Source: Tubulanus polymorphus (lineage: Eukaryota; Animalia; Nemertea). Taken from it: a stretch of DNA of 64,000 nt. Within the stretch, counting starts at the first letter, position 1; the number at the start of each line of letters is the position of its first letter. Shown here one piece after another: positions 11,965 to 22,933 of this stretch. The notes beneath the pieces were generated by a model, which made no database searches, was not told the origin of the DNA, and saw only the letters and a list, made by a program, of their open reading frames with translations. The stretch covers positions 21,324,345 through 21,388,344 of the forward strand of contig NC_134028.1 of the NCBI RefSeq assembly GCF_964204645.1, read 5' to 3'. Made by a program: the position numbers and the translations under genes.

Positions 11965-13267
11965 TTAAAAGTCAATTTCAATATCGCGAGTTTTTGTTAC
12001 TTGTAAAACTTCATCAAAAACACCCAATATAACCAAATTAATATTCCGCGGTAAATCTTTTGCGAATGTTAATTGCAACTTTAAAGAACCACGTTGTATT
12101 AATGACAAATGTTTATCTCCTAAACTCGAGGCAATGTTAAAAATACACACAAAATTTCCCTTTGAAAAATTAGCTCTTGACACACCAAAACTTTCATTCT
12201 TATAAAGCATCCCGCGAGCCAAGAGGGCATTAAAATAACACTCTACTCCATCCCCATCAGATTGTATAGTTAAAGGGCTACATTCTACATGCATATTATT
12301 TACAAGAATAGAAATTTTCGACAAGTCATTTGATCTGAAATCGTATGGAGATTTATCATAGCAGCCAGACATGGCATCATCATCCACAAAACATGCTACA
12401 ATCGCCCTAGGAATTTCACCCAAAAATAAACCATCTTTTGTAACTGAACGGTGACCTCTTTGTAAATTAATAGTATGCATTTCAGACCTAGTAAAAAAAT
12501 ATTTAGCAGACTTATTTTCTAACGCCTTTGCATGGGCTAACAATATCGAACTGTCTATTTCACAGGTGCGAATGTATAATTGCGCGCTTTCGATTTTCAC
12601 CTTGTAATTAGCATTTTGTTCTGGTGACATTAAATAGAAATTATCCTTTGATCGTATCAATTTAACAGTAATGTCTATATTGTTTAGTAACACTTTATCC
12701 ATACGAAACACGTCAGCATGTAATCTGGTATACGCCATTACTAGTTTGCTATTCTTGATATATTCGTGTCTTTTGCGTAATCCTGAATTACCACCAACTG
12801 TTGTGGGATCATTGTCACCCTTTAATCCGCCATCGTCTTCGGCATAGATGTCGCAACCTAGCCATGATTTGTCCTTGGTATCGTGGTCATAATTAATCAG
12901 ATTTTCAATTTCACACCTAATAGGGTACATACCATTGTCTCGAGAGACAATTTTTCCATTGAACCTGAACATCACTAAACATGCTGTTACAGCTATTAAT
13001 CGTTGAAATTTTATCCGCATCGGTCAAATTAGACCCATCACCATGCAGCACTCGGAATTTCAACTTTAAATACGTTAAATTCAAATCTAGATATTTATCC
13101 GTTATCGGAATACGAAAAACTATAGGACCATTGTCGTTAATCGATGTTGATGATTCGTAAACTACATATTCATTACGTTTGTAGCTAAAAACGGAGGCGG
13201 GTACTGTGAACAAGTCCAATTCGCTGCTAGCTGCTAATTGTGAATCCGGGTGTACAAGAAATGACAT
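11965..13267 (-). pseudogene. Major capsid protein (double jelly-roll), one frameshift near 12961
   Basis: SELDLFTVP...YLDLNLTYLKL (ORF 12917..13267) continues in ORF 11965..13020 (RLHADVF..LLNNIDI..RGSLKLQLTFA). Confidence 0.85.
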
Positions 13268-13273
13268 GATGAT

Positions 13274-13696
13274 TTAATAAGCCTCGTTGTAACAGTCAGA
13301 AGAATTTCGTAATCTTTTGCGTTTAGCTAATCTTCCTCTTCGAGCAATTTTCCGTCCTTTTAATACGTTTGAATTTTCTGTAAAGTTCGACTTCATGGCT
13401 TTGTCGAACGTTTCCATGGCGCGACTTTTTATCGACGCGCCTAATGGGTGTCCAGCTAAATAATCATCAGCAACGTTTAACCCAGATTCTAGAACCAACG
13501 GTGCAGCCTTCCTTATAAGTGGCATTGCTGTATTTCTCAACATGGGTAGAGCGCCTCTGATAAGTCCACTAAATACTGATCCTAATCCCTGACCACCCTG
13601 GACAGGGTATGCTGTATAAATATCTATTCCAGATCCCGTTTGATTTGCATAATATCTTTGACACGCACCATGGTCGATATGACACACTTGCCTCAT
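13274..13696 (-). CDS. Basic core-like protein with GxG motifs (C-terminal part of ORF 13274..14629)
   Basis: YYANQTGSG..QGGQGLGSVFSGLIRGALP and an Arg/Lys-rich tail; has its own ATG at 13696. Confidence 0.7.
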   Translation of the reverse strand: MRQVCHIDHGACQRYYANQTGSGIDIYTAYPVQGGQGLGSVFSGLIRGALPMLRNTAMPLIRKAAPLVLESGLNVADDYLAGHPLGASIKSRAMETFDKAMKSNFTENSNVLKGRKIARRGRLAKRKRLRNSSDCYNEAY

Positions 13697-14599
13697 ATTA
13701 ACTGATTCTTTTTTTTTGAAGTGTAAAACCAAGTTAACTTTTCCTTTCTTGAACACGGGTGTTCGACCGCTAGGTCTTTTAATGATTATTTCGATGACTT
13801 GAAAACTATTGCTTTTCAACGGTATATAGTATGGTCTTATAAACTCAGAGTTGTAATGACGACCGTTTATACTTTTCAAATCCAAAATACGCAGCAGTTC
13901 AGCTGAAGTATGGCCTACCAGTTGAGGTTGAACTATATTGCTATAAACCATCAAGTGGTGATAATCAATCATCAGGTCAAACGTCCTATTGGCTATTACT
14001 TTGACGCTTGAAATATATTCATGTTCTGAAGGTTTCTTTTTAGATTCTACGATCAAATTATGCAAGTATTCCGGATCGTTTGGTTTATCGACGTTATTTT
14101 TCAAAACGTTCCCAGATTTTATCATTTCGAAAATTTTTAGTCCCTGTCTGGTATCATCTAGGATACTGTTGATCTCTACTCCGTCGCGGAACCCTAATAT
14201 CCACGCTAAGTCATTTTTGAACTGAATGGCGCTGTTCTGAAGTAGATGAACCGTTACACGTCCACTGATGGGGTCATGCGATAATTTGATTAAATCTGTT
14301 CTAGAAACAATATCTATTTGTTTCTGAATTGTCGCTAGTAATTGTTCAATAGTGTCGTATCGCCCTTCGGGTATCCGCCCCTCCAACCACTTGCCGTCGC
14401 CAATGTTAAAGTTGAATCGACCATCGCAAACATTATCAAAGTCCAGAACAGCTTGAATTTGTTGAACGCCGCATACCCATTTTCCTGTTAAATTTAACGG
14501 TTCACGCAATCTAACTTTGAATTCTTGTTGTGTGTTATCTGGGTATAGATCAGCACTAGCGTCACTTTTTAGATAAATGTAAAAGTCGTTTTGATTCAT
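13697..14599 (-). CDS. Minor capsid (penton) protein
   Basis: FYIYLKSDASADLYPDNT..FKVRL..L.GKW and VYSNIVQPQLVG..LLRI..YIPL..LVLHF; its ATG overlaps the integrase stop (ATGA). Confidence 0.8.
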
Positions 14600-15687
14600 A
14601 TTTGTTGTATATCTGATGCTTTGACCCAAGAATTGAATTTTGCAGGATAATTATACCAACTGACGAAATACTCTTTTTTACGACCAGCGCCACGGGATTT
14701 TAAAATTTCATCAGTTTTGAAAGTCGCTTCGTCGACTCTTTTATTGAATTTAATCATTTCCTGCTCATAAAACGTCCCTTCTATTTCTTCACCATCCAAA
14801 TCAGTTAGTCTATATACGGGGGGATGTCTTTTTATCCGATTAACAATCCTGAAAAGTTCCGTACTGTGCGTGGGTAAATATCCCTTTTGAAACTTTCCCT
14901 TCAATTCTGTAATTCGCACAATGTCACCAATTTTAAAATTGAATTTCGCTACACGCGTTTCAGTACCGTAAAGCGTTTTCAATACTTTGTGTTCATTAAA
15001 CATGTTTACATCGGCGGGTGGCATTTTTATACTAGAATGTCGCTTTTTGTTATACGAGTCGATGACGTCTTCGAGCACGTCTAAATAATACCCATAACTA
15101 TTTCTATGCGAAAAAATCCGGTATAATTTACTTTTTAGAGTTCGGATAAATCTTTCTACAATTGCGCATTTCGTTTCATTCTTTGTACTGAAAAATCGTA
15201 TGTTTTGCGATTTTGAATATTTCTGGGTTACGGCGCCGGTGAATTCTCTGCCATCATCAGTTTGTAAAACTTCTGGTTTACGAATGTTGAAAATTTTTCC
15301 GAATCCTTCAACAACGGTTAGGTTATACTTGTTTTTAATCGGCACTGCAAGTGCGTATCTACTCAACACGTCAATGACGACTAAAATAAAATTATGTCCG
15401 TCGTTGTATTTTGAAATGTTTGATACATCACACAGGTCACCTTGGAATTGTTCGTTCACGCGATACGCAACTGTCTTATTTCTCGGAAATTTTTTCCGTC
15501 TCTGCGCATGTAAAGTATAAACTTCGTTCCCCAGCAACCAGTCTTTAATCTGCCGTAGTGTTATAGACAGATCGTTCTGCTGAGCAATCTTGTGTAATGT
15601 CTTTGCGCTTCCGAAAGATCCTGGATTTTTTGGTGTAAAATATACTTTGCTTAGGAATCTTTTTTCCGGATCCGTCAGGGCGGTCAT
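14596..15687 (-). CDS. Retroviral-like DDE integrase with C-terminal chromodomain
   Basis: FQGDL, IDVLSRY, LQTDDGREF, VERFIRTLK, YFVSWYNYPAKFNSWV; ORF is intact. Confidence 0.95.
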   Translation of the reverse strand: MTALTDPEKRFLSKVYFTPKNPGSFGSAKTLHKIAQQNDLSITLRQIKDWLLGNEVYTLHAQRRKKFPRNKTVAYRVNEQFQGDLCDVSNISKYNDGHNFILVVIDVLSRYALAVPIKNKYNLTVVEGFGKIFNIRKPEVLQTDDGREFTGAVTQKYSKSQNIRFFSTKNETKCAIVERFIRTLKSKLYRIFSHRNSYGYYLDVLEDVIDSYNKKRHSSIKMPPADVNMFNEHKVLKTLYGTETRVAKFNFKIGDIVRITELKGKFQKGYLPTHSTELFRIVNRIKRHPPVYRLTDLDGEEIEGTFYEQEMIKFNKRVDEATFKTDEILKSRGAGRKKEYFVSWYNYPAKFNSWVKASDIQQI

Positions 15688-15917
15688 TACTTTGAATAAC
15701 AGTTGTGCCCTTACAACAACTCGATATACAGTTGATTTTGGTCACTTTACATTCCAAGTGTAATTCCTTCTCTGATCGACTGCAGCAACAACAATATTTT
15801 AGAATTTCACTAAGCATTTTAACGATTCCTGCTATTCATGAATACATAGCAAAACGTTCAAAAGAATGTCGGAGAACACGCTTTTAATAACATTTTCGTT
15901 TTTGGCCCCAGACAAGA

Positions 15918-16335
15918 TTATAGTACCGCCGGTATGAACAATAAATTTAACACAGATCGACCAGAACCACGCTGATGCATCGTCTGAGCCTCGTCGTCAC
16001 CCTTTTGTCTTTTTGAACGTTTGGTTATAACATCAAAGGTAATTTCATCTTCGTTTAATATGACTTGTTTTAATTTACGATTATTTAACAGAGTTAAGGG
16101 TGCATTTAGTTTCTGAAATAATTTAATGAACTCTACCATGCCTGGCATGTGTAAATTTGTTGATTGACCCATGGATGTGTATAAAAGATCAATAATATTA
16201 CTATCCGGTACAGAGTTTCCATTGTATATTAGTTCCAAACGATCCGTCAAATCAAAAACGTTTGATTTTTTAAACAATTTTATCAACTGTTTAGATTTTT
16301 CTCGAAATTTCTCATGGGTTTTTATTGTCCAGGGT
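15918..16335 (-). pseudogene. 5'-truncated conserved Polinton ORF
   Basis: ELIYNGNSVPDSNIIDLL..PGMVEF motif; the reading frame is cut off about 110 bp from the right TIR. Confidence 0.55.
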
Positions 16336-16447
16336 AACTCGCCCAGACATGTTCAATGACGTAATCATTGAAAGGGGTAATAAATATTTCCCCCCCCCCC
16401 CCATAAAAAACACAAGATCATAGCCGCCATATTGGAATGATCACATG

Positions 16448-16553
16448 ATATCCGCCATATTGGAAATGGCCGCCATCTTGGATACCGTTACCATGGCAAC
16501 GAACCACTTCAACCACTTCAACCACCTGTCTCAAGATACCCTACATCACTACT
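16448..16553 (-). repeat. Right terminal inverted repeat
   Basis: Reverse complement of 9612-9717. Confidence 0.95.
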
Positions 16554-17650
16554 TACCCCTAGGCAAGTGTGGATTGTGCGAGTTGGACGTATTTGCGAAA
16601 CAATTATCGAATTATTTTATCATGGTTGTAACCGGTGATGATATCGCGTATCACATTTTATACGAGAACAACCGCAATGTGTTGGACGTTCAGGGTGTAA
16701 ATGCCAAAAAGCTTATATTATTATATACAGATGGACATTTCGATGTAATTACATCGATGGCTTCATTTACCTGTCGTTCATACTATTGCTACATTTGTAA
16801 AAAGGGGTATACGAATACAGAGCGACATCGCTGTACAGACAAATGCAGACTTTGCTTCGGGGATTGCGTAGAACAACGGTGAAATTATTTGTGCGCAAAG
16901 TGTAACATTTATTTTAAATCGGAAGCGTGTTTAAGCGTCTGTGATTCGAGAGCGAGATGTTTACAATGCGGGTCTATTGTATCTAGAAAGAAACTTGATC
17001 CTAAATCTCACGACTGCGGGCAGAAATACTGCAGTTCGTGTAAAAAGCAAAAACCTAGCGGTCATCTTTGTTATATCGGGGTCGCCAAAAGTCAGGATCA
17101 CGTGGTTTCTGAGGAACAGGGTAACCCTCATACACTAATCAACCCGTATTTGGGCGAAAAAAGCTGGCGATGAGCTAAAATATAGAAAGTTCATCGCATT
17201 CGATTTCGAAACAACGACCGTGGATTCGAACCACGTTGTAGTATTGGGTATAGCGCATAGAATATGTCAAATGTGTAAATGGTCGAAACGGACCTCTGAC
17301 TCGGTTTGCGATTATTGCGGTAAACATGAACACGTGTTTAAAACGGACTTTGAAAATATGCGAGTGGTTGTTTACGGAAGAGAATAGGGGCGTCATTGTT
17401 TTTGCGCATAATTTTCAATCCTTTGACGGTTACTTTATTCTTCAATATTTGGTGTCACAAGGTATATTACCAGATATTGTACAAAATGGCGGGAAAATAA
17501 TGACTATGACCGTTAAAAATTTGGACATAACATTTTTGGACACACTGGACAATTTTCTACCAATGAAACTTGGTAAACATTAGGTATTCCGGAATTTAAA
17601 AAAGGTATTCTCCGTATAAATTCTGCACTCCTGAGAATATTGATTATGTG
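16554..17650 (+). pseudogene. pPolB 3' continuation after the nested insertion, decayed and truncated
   Basis: LGKCGL..LLYTDGHFDVITSM..YYCYIC; FIAFDFET; FAHNFQSFDGYFIL; FLDT..FLPMKL; several frameshifts. Confidence 0.85.
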
Positions 17651-17807
17651 ATATTAGACCAGAGTATCAAAAACATCGTTAATTATATGCGATAGAATCC
17701 TCAAATACTTTGAGTAAACTGTTAGACTATGAGAATTAATCAATTAATTAGTCGTCTGACTTAGACCCATAAATAAGGGGGTAGTTTTAGGACAAATCAT
17801 TTCCAAG

Positions 17808-18149
17808 ATGTCTGCTATCGGAGGACGTTGGTTTGAAATTCCCGACGACGCGGAGGCATTGCTTGAGTGCGGCATATGCTTCGAGACGGGACAGCGGTGC
17901 TGGCTATTATGTAGCCAATGCCAATATCGAAACCTGACGTGTGGAAGCTGCGTCTCCGCCATAATACGCAGAAACCTTCAACTGGGGTGTGAAGACGCTA
18001 ATGATGTTTTTTCATACCCGTTCTGTAGAAATATTGTGCGCTGGGCACGTATGTTTGCAGAACATATACGCAAAGAAGAACAAAGAATGCGACGAAACCG
18101 ACGCCGCCGTCACCAGAGACGACAACAACAGCAGCAGCAACGTCGATGA
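17808..18149 (+). CDS. RING-like Cys-rich accessory protein with Arg/Gln-rich tail
   Basis: CGICFETGQ..CSQC..CGSC..PFCR; upstream CATAAATA and TCATTT resemble TATA and Inr elements. Confidence 0.55.
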   Translation: MSAIGGRWFEIPDDAEALLECGICFETGQRCWLLCSQCQYRNLTCGSCVSAIIRRNLQLGCEDANDVFSYPFCRNIVRWARMFAEHIRKEEQRMRRNRRRRHQRRQQQQQQRR

Positions 18150-18416
18150 TATCGATGATGACGATGACGACGACAACGAACTCGGACAATGACTTCATTC
18201 CTCAAAAGGTCCTTGTGGTCCTCAAAAGGTCCCACTTTTCAGGACCACTTCAATTTCCAAGAAAGAACCACTGTTTAAACGCCTCGCCTCGCTTTTTGCT
18301 TCAGTTTTTTCTCCAAGTTTTAAACAAAACTCTTCTGGTGAGTTTGTAGAATTTAAAAAAACGACTAAATTCATATATATAATAGTTTATTATATACAAT
18401 TATTCTGCAAGTTGAA

Positions 18417-19130
18417 ATGGTAATTTGTTGAAGGATCTTATGAGTTGGCAAATGAGATGTATTTATCGCAGAAACAAGTCACCGAACGACTATGACTAGG
18501 ACCAGTCTCCCTACGCAAGTGGTATGGGTGCACAATGTGCGAGCTGGTGTTCGCACACGCCAGCTCGAGATCCCGGCACATTAATCGTGTGCACAGAAGA
18601 AGTAAACCACTTTGTGTCAAATGCGGAGAGGGGTTTAGCACGACGGCCTACCGGGATAGGCATCAATCACGTTGTGCGAGACCCCTCCTAATCCCAGCGA
18701 CCGGTCCTTGAACCAACAGTAACTGGACCACCACCACCAGCAGCAGCAGTAACAGTAACTGGACCACCACCACCAGCAGCAGCAGTAGGGACACCGCCAG
18801 CAGCAGTAGGGACACCGCCGCTACCACCACCAGCAGCAGTAGGCGCACTGCAGCCACCACCAGCAGCAGCAGGGGCACCGCCGCCACCAGAATGGGAATG
18901 GGAAGAATTGTCGGACCTTGATGAGGCAACTCTTGCCCTCATCGGGATCCTCAGAGGGGTATATACGAAAATATGAGTTCCGATCCACTGAGAACAAGTT
19001 CGATCTGATTGAATTCCATAATGATATCAAACCGCACCTCATCCGACTGCTTAAAGATGATTTAGGTAGATTGGGTCGGATAAAATGGTTATCAGCATTC
19101 ATACAATTCTAGGAAAAGATATCGATGATG
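18417..19130 (+). pseudogene. pPolB N-terminal remnant: two C2H2 fingers, Pro/Ala repeat and following domain
   Basis: CTMC..HINRVH..CVKC..HQSRC; CCA/GCA-rich repeat at 18705-18890; YIRKYEFRSTENKFDL..GRIKW. Confidence 0.65.
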
Positions 19131-19689
19131 TCCATCAACAAAGGTTTAATTTTAGAAAATTTTAGAAAAAATAATAGAAAACCAGCAATCAAGCGTAATA
19201 TCATTACCGAAAAGACCAACAACCAATGTAGAAATATTGTTAAACCTAAAAGGAACAAAAACTAAAAAGAAAATGAGCGGAAATGAGTTAAATAAGTTTA
19301 ATCAATTATCAATTGAAACAGATGTAAGTTATAAAGAAATAGAAGGTGTAACAACATTTGATGAAATTACTGTTTTATTGAAAAAAAATTATAGAACTTT
19401 GTTATGTAAAAAAGCAAATCATTTATGGGACCATATCATTTTCGGGGATTATTTAAATAGGGGATTTTTAATGTTTAATAAACAAACTGCGGGGATTTTT
19501 TGGACTTCTTGGGTTAAAAAATACATAACTATTAGTGCCAGACATGATAGAAGATTAAGAAGCGTAGGTAGACTAATTACATATAAAAAATTCCAATTAT
19601 TAAGCTTGTCATTTTGTATTGTGTACTTGTATAATGTATTGTGTAAATCTACTTGGTGAATGTTCTATGTTCGGTCGTTTCTATTTGCA

Positions 19690-20240
19690 TAATGAATATA
19701 TAATGATGATTAACGCATGCGCATTAAGCAAAAGTGGACATCAATGTCCGCATGTGATGCATGTAACGCATGTGACGCGGACATGAATATGTTTGAATTT
19801 TCTGTGTTCAGTTGTTTCTATTTACAGAATGAATATATAATTATGATTAACGCATGCGCATTAAGCAAAAGCGCTCCTATAAGAGCGGTTTTGCCTAATG
19901 CGAACACGTTTTGATATTTTATGTCGGTTGTTTCTATTTTACAGAATTTATAGAATGAATATATAATTATGATTAGCGCATGCGTATTAAGCAAAAGCGG
20001 ACATCAAAAGCCGCATGTGACACATGTAACGCATGTGTTGTCTCTATTTTACAGAATTTATAGAATGAATATATAATTATGATTAGCGCATGCGTATTAA
20101 GCAAAAGCGGACATCAATGGCCGCATGTGACACATGTAACGCATGTGTTGTCTCTATTTTACAGAATTTATAGAATGAATATATAATTATGATTAACGCA
20201 TGCGCATTAAGCAAAAGCGCTCCTGTATGTCCGCATGTGA
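19690..20240. repeat. About 110 bp tandem repeat, about 5 units
   Basis: TAGAATGAATATATAATTATGATTA recurs at 19951, 20061 and 20171; core CGCATGCGCA. Confidence 0.9.
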
Positions 20241-20429
20241 CGCGGGTATTGTAACTGGTATGATTTAGATATCAAGGAATGGAAACGACTTATCAAAAGC
20301 AACGAGGAATGAAAAAGGATGACGTTGGTCGAAGAAATGGAAGAGTATTCTAAAATATTAACCAATTTAGTAAAAAAATATGTATAATAAATGGAACCAG
20401 AACAACCACAAACTATCAATATTACAAAT

Positions 20430-20690
20430 AAGTCCTATATAGAGGAGACGATGTTATGAAGAAATTCCTAACATCCCTCATCGAAAAAGCAGAGGAAATA
20501 TTAAAGGAATACAAAAATCCTCAACCTTTGGTTATGAACGACGTCGAAACACACTTCAAACCAACTGATATTTGTCATATATGTAAGGAAACCATAAATG
20601 GTAAGAAATGTTGGGATCACGATCATATAACCGGCAAATCAGAGGCCCAGCTTGTTATTCATGTAATCTAAGTTATAGGGTTCATACACC
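20430..20690 (+). pseudogene. pPolB exonuclease/EndoVII fragment
   Basis: CHICKETINGKKCWDHDHITGK; paralogue of 3545-3775. Confidence 0.75.
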
Positions 20691-21083
20691 GACAGAGATC
20701 TTGTCCCATTCAGCAGGAAGGACAAAAAAGATGTTATTATGCACTTTCCTCCTATGACGATGACAACAATGTTTCGGTATCTAAGATACCACATACAATG
20801 TTGACAAGAATGGTCGCATTCGAATGCGTGACATCAATTCACCAGGTCAAGCAAAGCGAAAATTACGAATGCAACAATACTCCGTTCCATGAGTAATGCC
20901 CTAGGTCGATATGCTTTTTTGTTTTACTATCATTTTGTCACTCGAGGTATGGCATTGATAGCGATAACGACAATAACGATAATGGAAAGCGTCGCCAAAT
21001 TGTTTCACGATGCCATACTTCGAGACTTTTTAGGTAAAGATGGCTCAATATTAGACAACGTTGAAAAACTTTTGATTGTATCA

Positions 21084-21259
21084 GACTGATTGTCGAGGGG
21101 TTTTATACAATCAGTCTGCAAGGTGAAATGGTTATGACTGATTGTAAAAGGGTTTTTATACAATCAGTCTGCAAGGTGAAATGGTTATGACTGATTGTAA
21201 AGGGGTTTGATACAATCAGTCTGCAAGGTGAAATGGTTATGACTGATTGTAAAGGGGTT
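21084..21259. repeat. 52 bp hairpin tandem array, about 3.5 units
   Basis: Same unit as the arrays at 2233 and 3998, in the same orientation. Confidence 0.95.
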
Positions 21260-22310
21260 CAAAACTTTTGGCTCAATTGAATTGCAATGTTTCTGTCATG
21301 ACACAAACGAATGTACCAATCCGTGTGTTTGAAAACGATGACAATGGTTCAATCAGTCTGGAGGGAGGAGTGGCAGTAGCGTCATTTGCTGTCACCGTGA
21401 CAAAGAAGGGTGAAATAGAATATACACTGTAACTGACTGAAGTCTTACGTCAATTCCTGATGCAGGAGCCGCATAGGATCAATCATACCTGTTTCACTCA
21501 CATCCCAATAGTTTCACTGGTGAAGAACATTTACCACTGATGCCAATATGAGGGTTAGATAGAATTCCCAGTTACAGACCCAAGCATGTATCGAGCGATA
21601 ATGAAAATACTTAGGCGATGAGGAAGAGATAGGAAGTTTATTGGCACGATTTGTAAATTAAGAGTAGATCTGATTGATTAAAGAAATGTTGCCTGCTCAC
21701 CTTGTGACTTGATTATTCTGTCATCTTATTCTCATTCTTCTTGTCGCTACCATCGTGATGGGTGTCCATCATAAAATATGATCAACACTACTCAGAGACC
21801 ACAGTCCAGTGAACCAATGTCCATCGGTCATACATCGGAGAAATCAGGCTGGTTTATCCTTGTGTGTTCATCATTGATCTTTACCGTGGTCGTCTTCGAA
21901 ATGTCTACAACAGAAAGAACATAAATGTAACCGATCTACTTTTGAATGAATGAATGCTTTATTCTCTCTAATTACAAATAATTAATATACACATATAAAT
22001 ACAATTGAAAAGGACATCTCCAAGCCGGGGGCTGTACCATAAGGGGAGATGCCCTGTAAAAACAAGTACCCGTATTTCAACAACAATTTAATCTAGATTT
22101 AAGCTAGGGGTTGTCCTTATAACCGAGATGATACAATTTACCGAGATGAACCAAGATGTGTTCATTTCTTCGCAGTGGATATTTTACCCTATACAGCTCA
22201 TGAGTATTTCTGCTATTTTACCGTACATCGTCGCTGATTTACGCTGCGCATGCGCACAGAGGTGCAAGGAAATTGTGGAGAACAGAGTTAGAGAAAATAG
22301 AGCGGATAGA

Positions 22311-22372
22311 GTGAGACTCGAACCCGGGCCAGTAAATTATTAGCGCAGCGTCATACAACTAGACCACCGAGC
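22311..22372 (-). repeat. tRNA-derived (SINE-like) head
   Basis: Minus strand GCTCGGTGGTCTAGTTG...GGGTTCGAGTCTCAC has A-box and B-box motifs but no convincing cloverleaf. Confidence 0.45.
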
Positions 22373-22933
22373 TCGCTGAGAACCGAATGTTTTAACTATC
22401 TACAGTACCTCACCTTACCTAATCCTATCCCTAGGGGTAAAACGGAACCCTTTGGACCCTCTTCTCATCCTCTCGACACTAACCCTATACGGTACTTTAT
22501 TTATAAAAAGAAATGGGTCGAAACTCCTATACAGTCACTTCGATTTAAAACTGCTATAACTTTAGTTAGTTACTGATTGTTGGTGGAAAGCTTTTTATAA
22601 TTGGGTAGGGTTATACCACATATCTGTATAGATTAGGCCTATGAGGTTTGTGAAAAATATTCGATCTTGAAACTAAACCAGTCAGGTTACTGACTACTTT
22701 AACTCCTAAATTATCCAAAGGATTTCGATGAAATCCGTTCTAAACTGTTCAAAACATTCTGTATTTTCTAAATATGTCTACTTGGAGGCCAGTTGATAAC
22801 GTTACACCACTCAAAATTGCGATTAAATGCGCCAGAGACCCCAAAAAAATCCTGTAGGGCCTACTTATACTGCAATTTATCAGTTTATTGCTATGGCAGC
22901 AAAAATCGGTAAAAATGCAGATCCGCACCTCTC

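Larger units (their letters stand above)
9612..16553 (-). mobile_element. Polymerase-less Polinton/Maverick, 6,942 bp
   Basis: Starts AGTAGT and ends ACTACT; 106-bp TIRs with 1 mismatch; 6-bp TSD TACCCC at 9606-9611 and 16554-16559; carries integrase, capsid and protease genes. Confidence 0.93.

Noticed and set aside
16445-16553. N-terminus of ORF 16445..16882 as a real protein start
   Set aside because: The first 36 or so codons are TIR sequence; the true frame comes from 9611 across the insertion.
18663-18942. Gly/Ala- and Leu/Val-rich minus-strand ORFs
   Set aside because: They are antisense readings of the CCA/GCA-rich linker in the plus-strand pPolB remnant.
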